A stretch of DNA of 64,000 nt, taken from positions 1-64,000 of the forward strand of contig JBDOQK010000082.1 in NCBI GenBank assembly GCA_040437565.1, read 5' to 3'. A model generated the notes under the pieces. That model saw only the letters and a list, made by a program, of their open reading frames with translations, was not told where the DNA came from and did not search any database. The stretch's first letter is position 1. The number at the start of each line of letters is the position of its first letter. Below are positions 38,421-49,250 of this stretch, in pieces. Made by a program: the position numbers and the translations under genes. Origin of the DNA: Albugo candida (taxonomy: Eukaryota).

Positions 38421-40104
38421 TCTTCTTTCACTCAAATGTGGCGGGAATTTGATGTAACATGGAAGCACGATGTGACATCATTTCTAATAGATTTCATTGG
38501 CCTGGATTAGTGCGTTGCTGATTGCGTTTTCCCGTTTAGCGGGAATGTTGTACGAGAGTTGTGGTGATTGGACAAAATTAGTGTGTAGACCACTTTTCGA
38601 TTGCTGGAAATGCTGTGGGCGAATTCAGGTTCAATGAGATATTACGTGTTAAAGTGGGACTATTTCTGTGCTGACTACGATGAGAACTTTTCATCTATTT
38701 GCGTGAAAAATCATTTATTACCGTTTACCATGTATCAACCGGTTTCTCCATGCTTGATTTGACTTCTATTTTCTGCAAATAAATTGGGATGAGAGCAAAG
38801 TATCGTCTCCAACTTCGCCAGTACGTCCATGCAGACAGATCGTCTTCGTTCAAAATGCGATGCTTTATTGTATGCTGTCCGTCCCCAACTTCCTCGTCTT
38901 GTTACTACCTATAAGACATCACGATAATACCTTTTGCAGAGGTGCATGACATACAGAACAACGGATGCGTTGTGTTACCATCCGATAGCAATGTTTAATT
39001 TTTCAACTAGTGACATTTATGGTTTGGAAGCAGCACATTAAAGTTCGATTCATAAAAATGCGCAGTCACCCGATTTCATCCAAGTAGTCCGTAGAATATG
39101 GCTGCGATGCAGTATAAAGAAAGCGTAATTCAAAGCAACGACTCTGGGATGTCACGTGATTTCTATCTCCGTTGTCAACCAGAAATAGTCACGATTTTCG
39201 GTTTGATAGTTTCAGATACAATTCCCGCTGTATTCTCCATGTATTTGAACTGTTGTAGTGACTCCGCATCATAAAATTAATTCAAAGCAGATGCGCAGCC
39301 AAAATTGATTCCGTGATATATTTCTGCGCCCTACTTCTCATTCCTACTGAATGGGCCGAATCATGGCTTACGCGACTATGTAGAAAAAAACGCTTAAGCG
39401 ATTCTGCACGCCGCCAATAACATAAAAAAAGCCTGTTTGAAGTGGAATCTCCAAGTATCGCTATGAGTAAAGCGCAACAAAGAACCGCTAGTGGGATAAG
39501 CAACACATTCTTGCCGAGAGCCATTATTTAGCAGCGTTGCAACCTGATATGGCTGTGACTTCCATCTTCATGGTGGTAAATGATTTGCAAGTAGTTACGC
39601 TTCCTATTTCATGCACCAATACGCATTAGCAAGATTTAAATGTAGCGGGTACACAGATGAGAGTATATCGTGACCCCAGGGGTGGCAATAACGCGATGAA
39701 TAAGACCCGAGTTTAAAAGATAGACCAGGGTGGGTAGCAATAGCAAGATGTGACCTACAACTGGAACCGTAATGTCCCGAGGAAAAGGAATTAAGTTAAA
39801 AGAACACCGGAATCGCTTGAGAATTCTGCTTCTAGAAACTCTGTTAGGAGGCATCATCTAGAACATCACCGAGTATCCTCTAGCAGATTTGCGAATTTGC
39901 GTCAGCTTTCGTGTGATGTACTTGTTCACGGGCAACTGTTGCTCGGACGTTCTACTTTATCCTGTGTTCTGCAACACGACCCTTCTGATAAATCGTACAT
40001 TCTTGGTTGTAGAAACATTTTTATGACTTTGATCAAAATGATAGTGTCTCTCATCGAAATTGGAGTTACTGGAAAGGACCACGGAGCGGGATTTCTTTTT
40101 TACT

Positions 40105-41089
40105 TCGATTCAATAATAAATTCACCCAGCTACTGCACCGTATTCATATAACGATTGGTCTGGTCGCTTTGATCCAACCAAGCACAAGTGGAAGATATTT
40201 TACCAGCTCCCGAAGCAATCAAGATTAATCTAAAGTTGATATATCGGTCATCTTCCTGGAAGAGATATGACACATCGAACATAGAACATTCATGACTGTA
40301 TCACGAAATTTTCGAAGACGTATCTTATCAGTTCCTGAAAATTTGAAGTTTCGTCTGGCCTTTCGTATGATTCCAGTTCGATTAGATTCTGGTTTCTTAG
40401 AGAAATTCCGCCGGACATAACATTCTGCACTCATCCTTCTTGGAGCAGTAATTCCAATCGATAAAAAGTTTTAGAACACGCACAGAAAAAATATGATTGG
40501 AGCTACTCTCGACTTGTATTCGGTTCATCCGATCGCATCCGACGCATATTGCTTATCCGACTTTTGGCTTGCTTTTCAGGCAGTAACGCTACATTCCGTC
40601 CCTAAGTTTCAGAATCGTTAATCCTTCGATCTATGATCAGCAACTCCGAGACATTCAGCACTTTCGGTGGTATGCACCACGCTTAGTCCGACGTTCGGTA
40701 CTTTCGACAGCAGTGATGCGATTAAGACGAGCGCACTCGTCTTGCCAAGGTTGTGGACTAGATCGCAACAGGACAATCAAGCTTTACTTTTTGCTGGACT
40801 CGAAGATCATTCATAATACAACTGTAATTCCGGTCCGACTCCTAATTTAATTGCGACGATCAGGCTTCGTGGCGCACACCATTTAGGCAAACACGGTTCT
40901 TTTGGACAATCTTACATATTTTACTCGCTGAACACAGACACCTATTGTTGTGGTTTGAGGCTTACGCACTGCTTCATTATCATCTCTCACCATGAACCCT
41001 ATTTTGTTTTTACATTCATTATTTAGGATATCCTAGGTTTCTAGAGAAGTCATTTAGTCTAATATTAGTGATATGGACACCTTCAGTTG
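40105..41089 (+). mobile_element. Decayed 3' fragment of the L1-like LINE
   Basis: Colinear with 19170-20377 (GATCCA.CCAA.CACAAGTGG, GATCAGCAACTCCGA, CGTTCGGTACTTTCGA, GTGGCGCACACCA) and ends in the shared tail. 5' limit approximate. Confidence 0.85.
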
Positions 41090-41131
41090 ATGCAAGCCCT
41101 AAATAAATGGCTTTCTTTTTGGTCAGCCTGG

Positions 41132-41563
41132 TGTGGTTACAATCAATTCGGATTATACTAAACTCCTAGGAAATTTGTATCGATTACAACCTGGACGCAG
41201 TCTCGCGTCGTTCTGAGGCGAGATATCCACAATAGAGGATCGTCATCAGCGAGGCATATCATCAACTGTTACATGTAATTTCATGTAACTTCTCCAGAAA
41301 TGCCTAGGAATTCAGAGAGCTCAGCTAGTTTATTCTAGTCGTATAAATAACTTGAGCTGAGATCCCCTGCAGGATGTTTATCCAGAATGAGGTCTTTTCG
41401 TCATGACAACCAGAAAGAATACCCTTTGGTCCGTTATACTATATTGGTGATATGGACTCTTATAGGAGTACCTTAAATCAGTCTATAAATAAGATCGTGT
41501 TCAGCGTGTGATTAAATGTATAGATCATAGAAATCAGAACTATTAACGAGATGGTGTACCACA
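41132..41563. repeat. Possible solo LTR
   Basis: Bounded by inverted TGTGGT...ACCACA and contains TATAAATA motifs. No matching TSD and no second full copy in the window. Confidence 0.35.
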
Positions 41564-43819
41564 TAATCAATCAAATAGCCTAAGGATGTGTTTAAAATAA
41601 ATTCCGTAGCCAGACCAAACAAACATTGTTTTTTATACAAGGACCCTATGTCTTTTTTCACCATATGGGTCTCTTGCTCCTGAGGAGGGAAAAAACCCCT
41701 TACAAATTAGCAAAGTCAATGCCTCGCCCCCAAGATCCTATCTGGTTGCTTTTTGGTCCCAAGTATAAGGATCGTAATGGGGACAAAAGAATAGAAAGAG
41801 TGCGATGTAATGCCTGTAGCAAGTCAGTCGTTGCCTCAGCGCAACGGCTGAAGGATCACTCAAAAAGTGTTCTTCTAGGGGGAGAGACGGAATTGGTAGA
41901 CTGCCACCTTCGAGCGAAGTTCTTCTGGCAGGTGGTAGCAATACCAGGAGCATTATAGGTAACAGTAGCGGCGTGGTGACAGTTTCAAAAAGAGTTGAGC
42001 CTACTTCAGAGTCACCAAGTGGTCAGAGTCAAAGCTCTTAGTATCAAGAGCAACTTACCAAGAGAAGCAACAGGGTAACAGATGGTAAAATTACTACATT
42101 CGCAGACTCTGTCTCTACCGAACAGCAAACCAGACTGGAAGGACGGTTAGCTGAGGCAATACATCGCTCTAGCCTACCATTTGCAGTGTCTGAAAGTGCA
42201 GAATGGTATGAGTTCGTCGGAGCTGTTCGCCCTGGTCCAAGGATCTTCACCGAGAGAAGATTGGAGGGGAATTGATCGATCGTGAATACTAGAACGTTAT
42301 GCGAGACACACTGACAGAGATATCAGAATGGTGATGATATGCTTTTCGATTGACGGCGCGACCAACGTGTAAGGTAAGCAACTGCTCAATCTTGCCTTGT
42401 TCCTAGAGCACTTCACTTTGTCAAGAATTTCATTGCACTGTGTATCTGGTTCTTTAACTACCTTCAATATCCTATCATGAACCCCTGACCGTGTGAATAT
42501 CACTTAAGTCTGACTTCAAACCGAGGGAGGCAGATATTTTTCAAGCTTGTTGCTTGTGTGGGCTCAAACCGCTGCCCACACTGCCGGGGATCGAACTAAC
42601 GACCTCCAGCAGGGGTCCGTGTTCTCAAGTGCTTGACCGACTGAGCTGGGTACGGACCCGCTGGAACACTTCACTATGGAGTTGCGGCGTGGATCCTCCG
42701 AAAATTTAAAGAGAAAGGTGCTAGATTACCTGAGCCGCCTGAAGGTGTCATTGGACAGAATTGTTACGCCTCCAACTGAGGACAACATACTTGAGGGTAT
42801 TGGAACCAATTAATTGATGTGATCTTCGCACCTGACTCTCCGAATATCATGAGGAATTTAAGAAAGATGCTGCGTAGCTCAGGATAATTTGCAGTAGTGT
42901 TTGGATGTGCACCACATGCCCTCAATAACTTGACCTGGATTTTTTGAAGATCGAAGTGCCCGCTATAACTCTGATAGAAGCAATGTTCATCGTGAAAAAT
43001 ATCCGATGCATACATCTTGTCCAATCGCTCTTTCGTCAGCTATGTGACGAAAAACTTCACCGACAGTATACATTGATGCTATTCACGCGTACCCGCTGGT
43101 CGACAGCGCATTTTATGTTTTTGAGACTCAATTATGTGAAGTCAGTGGTTACATCAATCCCTGCAGCAGTCCCTAACGATGACCGATTCGATGAAGTGGC
43201 AGGGCCTGATGCTTTGGTTGGTGAAATCATGAAACGTCATTCTGAAGAAGTTGCGCGGCCATGGAAGTGGTCATAAAGCCCATCTGCGCTTGCATTGCTT
43301 ACTTGGAGGTCGATGTGGCGACCTTTCCTGCAGTGTATGCCTGATTTTTCTATCTAAAGTTTAGGTTATCAAAGCTCAAAAAAAACTTTAGATACATTCT
43401 CGCGTTTGATGACGCAGCACTTGATCAGTTAAATACGCATTTAAAGAGCAGGCTCAAGGTTATATACAGCCCGCGCATGCCTTGGCCTTTCAAACTGATC
43501 CTCTCTTTGACGACATGAGAGAAAGAATTCGCAAGGAAGATTTCAATGGATTCATGGAGATGGGTCTAGGCAGCTTTTCTCATCAGTGCTGGAAGTCTCT
43601 AAAGCAGATTGCACCAGAATATGCGGCCGAGATAGTTCTGTGTGAGTGGGCAAGGTATTGCATCAGAAAGCCGAAAAGCAGACACTTATTTGCTATAGCA
43701 CGGACTATCAAACCGGCACTGTTGTGGTCACAGATGCAGGATAAGTATCCCAATCTTGCGGCGCTACTAATCTAGATACACAGTAATCCTAGTAGTGCTG
43801 GAGGTGGTGAACGCTGCCA
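41564..43819 (+). mobile_element. Decayed hAT transposase with BED finger, copy 1
   Basis: MPRPQDPIW...RCNAC...RLKDH, SIDGATN, GCAPHALN, TRWST, WSQMQDKYPNLA. Stops, frameshifts and one SINE insertion; ends at a gap. Confidence 0.9.
42418..42660 (-). mobile_element. Full-length tRNA-type SINE
   Basis: A box CAGCTCAGTCGG and B box AGTTCGATCCC on the minus strand. 15-bp TSD CTAGAGCACTTCACT/CTGGAACACTTCACT. Interrupts the transposase at FLEHFTM. Confidence 0.9.
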
Positions 43820-44794
43820 NNNNNNNNNNNNNNNNNNNNNNNNNNNNNNNNNNNNNNNNNNNNNNNNNNNNNNNNNNNNNNNNNNNNNNNNNNNNNNNNN
43901 NNNNNNNNNNNNNNNNNNNTATTAACGAGATGGTGTACCACATAATCAATCAAATAGCCTAAGGATGTGTTTAAAATAAATTCCGCAGCCAGACCAAACA
44001 AACATTGTTTTATACAAGGACCCTATGTCATTTTTCACCATATGGGTCTCTTGCTCCTGAGGAGGGAAAAAACACCATACAAATTAGCAAAGTCAATGCC
44101 TCGCCCCCAAGATCCTATCTGGTTGCTCTTTGGTCCCAAGTATAAGGATCGCAATGGGGTCAAAAGAATAGAAAGAGTGCGATGTAATGCCTGTAGCAAG
44201 TCAGTCGTTGCCTCAGCGCAACGGCTGAAGGATCACTCAAAAAAGTGTTCTTCTAGGGGGAGAGACGGAATTGGTAGACTGCCACCTTCGAGCGAAGTAG
44301 TTCTGGCAGGTGGTAGCAATACCAGGAGCATAATAGGTAACAGTAGCGGCGTGGTGACAGTTTCAAACAGAGTTGAGCCTACTTCAGAGTCACCAAGTGG
44401 TCAGAGTCAAAGCTCTCAGTATCAACAGCAATTTACCAAGAGAAGCAACAGAGTAACAGATGGTAAAATTACTACATTTGCAGACTCTGTCTCTACCGAA
44501 CAGCAAACCAGACTGGAATGACGACAGCTGAGGCAATACATCGCTCTAGCCTACCATTTGCAGTGTCTGAAAGTGCAGAATGGTATGAGTTCGTCCGAGC
44601 TGATCGCCCTGGTCCAAGGATCTTAACCGAGAGAAGATTGGAGGGGAATTGCTCGATCGTGAATACTAGAACATTATGCGAGACACACTGACAGAGATAT
44701 CAAAATGGTGATGATATGCTTTTGGATTGACGGCGCGACCAACGTGCAAGGTAAGCAACTGCTCAATCTTGCCTTGTTCCTAGAGCACTTCACT

Positions 44795-45038
44795 TTGTCA
44801 AGAATTTCATTACACTGTGTATCTGGTTCTCTATTTACCTTCATTATCCTATCATGAACCCCTGACCGTGTGAATATCACTTAAGTCTGACTTCAAACCG
44901 AGGGAGGCAGATATTTTTCAAGCTTGTTGCTTGGGTGGGCTCAAACCGCTGCCCACACTGCCGAGGATCGAACTAACGACCTCCGGCAGGGGGTCCGTGC
45001 GCTCAAGTGATTAACCGACTGAGCTGGGTACGGACCCG
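44795..45038 (-). mobile_element. Full-length SINE, same insertion site as 42418-42660
   Basis: Same flanks and TSD (44780-44794, 45039-45053), with A and B boxes. Confidence 0.9.
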
Positions 45039-45288
45039 CTGGAACACTTGACTATGAAATTGCCCCGTGAATCCTCCGAAAATTAAAAGAGAAAGGTGCT
45101 AGATTACCAGAGCCGCCTGAAGGTGTCATTGGACAAAATTGTTACGCCTCCAACTGAGAACAACATACTTGAGGGTATTGGAAGCAATCAATTGATGCGG
45201 TCTTTCGCACCTGACTCTCCGAATGTCATGAAGAAATTAAGAAAGATGCTGCGTAGCTCAGGATCATTTGCAGTAGTGTTTGGATGTG

Positions 45289-45540
45289 AGGGTCCGTACC
45301 CAGCTCAGTCGGTTAAGCACTTGAGCGCACGGACCCCCTGCCGGAGGTCATTGATTCGATGCCCGGCAGTGTGGGCAGCGGTTTGAGCCCACCCAAGCAA
45401 CAAGCTTGGAAAATGTCTGCCTCCCTAGGTTTGAAGTCAGACTTAAGTGATATTCACACGGTCAGGGGCTCATGATAGGATAAGGAAGGTAGTTAAAGGA
45501 CCAAATACACAGTGTAATGAAATCCTTGACAAAGTTAGGT
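45289..45540 (+). mobile_element. Full-length SINE, young insertion
   Basis: Perfect 10-bp TSD TTTGGATGTG (45279-45288, 45541-45550). The empty site is present in hAT copy 1 at ~42900. Confidence 0.93.
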
Positions 45541-47849
45541 TTTGGATGTGCACCACATGCCCTCGATAACTTAACCTGGATTTTTTGAAGATCGAATTGC
45601 CCTCTGTAACTCTGATAGAAGCAATGTTCATCGTGAAAAATGTCCGATGCATACATCTTGTCCAATCGCTCTTTCGTCAGCTATGTGACGAAAAACTCCA
45701 CCGACAGTATACATTGATGCTCGTCACGCGTACCCGCTGGTCGACAGTACATTTTATGTTTGCGAGACTCAATTATGTGAAGTCAGTGGTTACATCAATC
45801 CCTGCAGCAGTCCCTTACGATGACCGCTTCGATGAAGTGGCAGGACCTGATGCTTTGGTTGGTAAAATCATGAAACGGTTTTCTGGAGAAGGTGCGCGGC
45901 CATGGAAGTGGTCATAAAGCCCATCTGCGCTTGCATTGCTTACTTGGTGGTCGATGAGGCGACCTTTCCTGCAGTGTATGCCTGATTTATCTATCTAAAG
46001 TTTAGGTTATCAAAGCTCAAAAAAAACTCTAAATACATTTTCGCGTTTGATGACGAAGCACCTGAGCAGTTAAATAAGCATTTAGAGAGCAGGCTCAAGG
46101 TTATATAAAGCCCGCGCATGCCTTGGCCTTTCAAACTGATCCTTTCTTTGACGACATGAGAGACAGAATTCGCAAGGAAGATTTCAATGGATTCATGGAG
46201 ATGGGTCTAAGCAGCTTCCCTCATCAGCGCCAGAAGGCCCTAAATCAGATTGCATCAGAGGATGCGGCCAAGATAGTTCTGGGTAGGTGAGCAAGGTATT
46301 GCATCAGAAAGGCGAAAAGCACACACTTATTTGCTATAGCACGGACTATGAAACCGGCACTGTTGTGGTCACAGATGCAGGATAAGTATCCCAATCTTGC
46401 GGCGCTACTAATCCAGATACACAGTAATTCTAGTAGTGCTGGAGGCGGTGAACGCTGCCACAAAGCTGCAAAGCGTGTGCACAGCAATGCAAGGACCTGG
46501 CTTGTAGGAGGGAAACGGAGAAGCAGACTTTTGTGAGCTTCAATGCTAGCAAATATCTCTTAGTTTAGGAGACTACAAGAAGGAGACAATCTTGGAAGCT
46601 ATGGCAACTTTGAAGGCATCTGTCTGAGGAGCAGGAGGAGGCTGATAAATCTACGGCTTCCAACGAGGGTGAGAGCATCGGTGCAACGGAGCTCTGTAGC
46701 ACCGATATTGATGATCAGGATGCTGACACTGGAATACCAACGACATGAAGGATTAATGGCGGATGGGTCTTCTGGATGGAGTTGCACAGCCGTCTGCCTT
46801 GTCAGACATGCAGCTGTAGTAGAAGGGGGAGGAAGCAATTACGGGAAACCTCAACAACAGTAGAGCAGGTAGGAACCCACCAATTGGCGATGACAGAAAC
46901 TGTTGAAGGAGTTTTTGCGGGCGGCCAAGGATCCAGGAAGAGGAAACATTCGTAGCTGACCAAGTCCTCCTCCTCCGACGAGAACGCAAAGAGCAGTGGT
47001 AAAGATAACAACTCCGAAAAAAATGATCAGTGAGAACTCCAAAATACTAATGATTTTAGGTGGATACAAAACCAAGGCAATTAGTCTGATTCAATTGGAA
47101 GTATAAAACATGTAACAAAGACGTTGTCTAACACAGGGGTTTCAAGCATACACATACTTAGAATAGGCACATCCAGTCAATAAAATAAGAACTGAGTTGT
47201 ACTTGCCTTCGCCGCACCGGGCTACATTGATTCTCAAGTGCATAAATAGAAGAAAAAGACCATTTGTGCCACTTTATCCGCCCATTATCAGGTAAAATCG
47301 TTCATTTGGACGTGATACTGCTTTCTCGAGCACTGAATTGAGTGGTACACGCTGGATCAATAGTACAATCATCAGACTTGTGATCGTATATAATGCTATA
47401 TTATTATGATTCCTCAGTAAAATTGAAACGGAAAAAAGCTGTCGGAAGCTGTTCTACTCCTCCCAGACCATAAAATACAAAGCCTTTTGATTTTTTGTTT
47501 CATGGCGCCGGCATAATAAAAAATGGACACGACACCCTTCTGCAGTATCATGCCCTTGACCCCAGATTCTTTGTCGAGCACATTTTTCGCTACTATGGGA
47601 TCATTTTATTCTTGAAGCGCGATTGGAGAAAGAGCATTACCATATCCCCTTGCAGCATGTATAATTATGGAGCTGCCGCGACGGACATCTAAATAGTCGA
47701 CTTCAGATAAAAGACTGAAAAATCGCTAGGCATATGGTTTGGACAAAGNNNNNNNNNNNNNNNNNNNNNNNNNNNNNNNNNNNNNNNNNNNNNNNNNNNN
47801 NNNNNNNNNNNNNNNNNNNNNNNNNNNNNNNNNNNNNNNNNNNNNNNNA

Positions 47850-48472
47850 GCTTGGGAAAAGTTTTATCAATTTCGGACGCTATAACTCTTCATATTTCGG
47901 CAACCAAAATGAATAAGAGCACGATCAATGTGGCAACGATTTCGCAGAGAAAGGATGAAGCAATACTGGTAAATAATGCATGTGGTACGGTACTCGATAT
48001 TGAAGCTGTAGCTGGAGCATTATGGAACGTAAAACTTGTGGATGGGCTGTCGATGTGAAGAACGGACACCATTTCGATACAATACTACGTAACCTATCCA
48101 TTGTGATCCTTACGCCGCATATTGGAGGGAGTACGGAAGAAGTACAACGGAATGTCGCTGTCGAAGTAGCTAGCAAATTAGTGCATTATCTTCACAATGG
48201 ACCCACCACAACGTCAACCAATTCGCCAGAGATCGAAATGCTCCTATCGCTCCAATTTGATACGAATAGTACATATATCATAATGTTTCTAGTGTGCTCA
48301 GTAAAATTCACACTGTTTGATTGGATTTTGGAGTGAATGTAATTTCACAGCATTTTCGTCGGATCCAAAACACAGTTATATTGCGTTGGAGACTGAAGTG
48401 TTTCATGAAAAAAGTGGTTATGAAAAATTGAGTAAGATTGGAACAGCCATTTTCTTACGGGCATTATTCTGA
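47850..48472 (+). pseudogene. serA: D-3-phosphoglycerate dehydrogenase (SerA/PHGDH-like) 3' half, frameshifted
   Basis: AILVNNACGTVLDIEAVA (cf. N-x-A-R-G-T-V-V-D), WAVDV, VILTPHIGGSTEEVQRNVAVEVASKL, then ACT-like HHNVSSVLSKI...GVNVISQ. Frameshifts and stops; the 5' part is lost at a gap. Confidence 0.88.
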
Positions 48473-49159
48473 ATGCGTGGAAGCGATTACGCGATCAAGA
48501 CGATGTTACGTTTATCTTGCGAAATTTGGGGAGAAAAAGGCGTTGATTCCTCACTCAAACAGAAAACGTTCCAGCAGCAACAGCAGTCCTATCGTATCCT
48601 TCAGCTACATATTGTGATGGATAGAATTAAGGCGCATCATCAGTTAGACTGAGCACTTTGGATATGTCAGGAATTGCTTTCTTGCTGTTACTAACAATTT
48701 GAGATGGTCAACATAACGACATTCACTGGACACCTCATTAGCAGTAGAGCGTTTATGTTTGGTGTAATTATTCTCAAAGTACGCAAGTACGTTTGATAAG
48801 TATCTAGCTAAATACGCTGATCAATCCGAATTATGAATGATGAGTGTTTCAACAAATCCAAGCGCGTCTGAGTGATACAATATGATTATTGTCGCATTCC
48901 ATTACTCGTTCGAATAGTAGCTTCATTCATACTGTCTTCGTGGTTTGAAGTATCGGATAAGCATGACTACGATTAAGTACGAGTTTGTCGTCAGATCGTA
49001 ATCTCTAACATAATGATGAAGTCTACCCTGCCTTCCAATCCGAATCAGNNNNNNNNNNNNNNNNNNNNNNNNNNNNNNNNNNNNNNNNNNNNNNNNNNNN
49101 NNNNNNNNNNNNNNNNNNNNNNNNNNNNNNNNNNNNNNNNNNNNNNNNCACGAAACGTT

Positions 49160-49250
49160 TTTTATATGTATATATGTTATTTAAGATAGCCTAGGCAACT
49201 AGAGAAGTCAGTTTGTCTAATTCTAGTAATATAGACACCTTCAACTGTAC
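49160..49250 (+). mobile_element. LINE 3' tail emerging from a scaffold gap
   Basis: Near-identical reverse complement of 25928-26013. Confidence 0.8.

Larger units (their letters stand above)
43942..46800 (+). mobile_element. Decayed hAT transposase, copy 2 (tandem copy or second haplotype)
   Basis: Colinear with copy 1 with scattered substitutions. Continues through SSAGGGERCHK and an acidic tail. Carries two SINEs. Right end approximate. Confidence 0.9.

Noticed and set aside
45289..45370. Functional tRNA gene or hammerhead retrozyme
   Set aside because: No cloverleaf acceptor or anticodon arms, no CTGATGA...GAAA core, and TSDs indicate a SINE.
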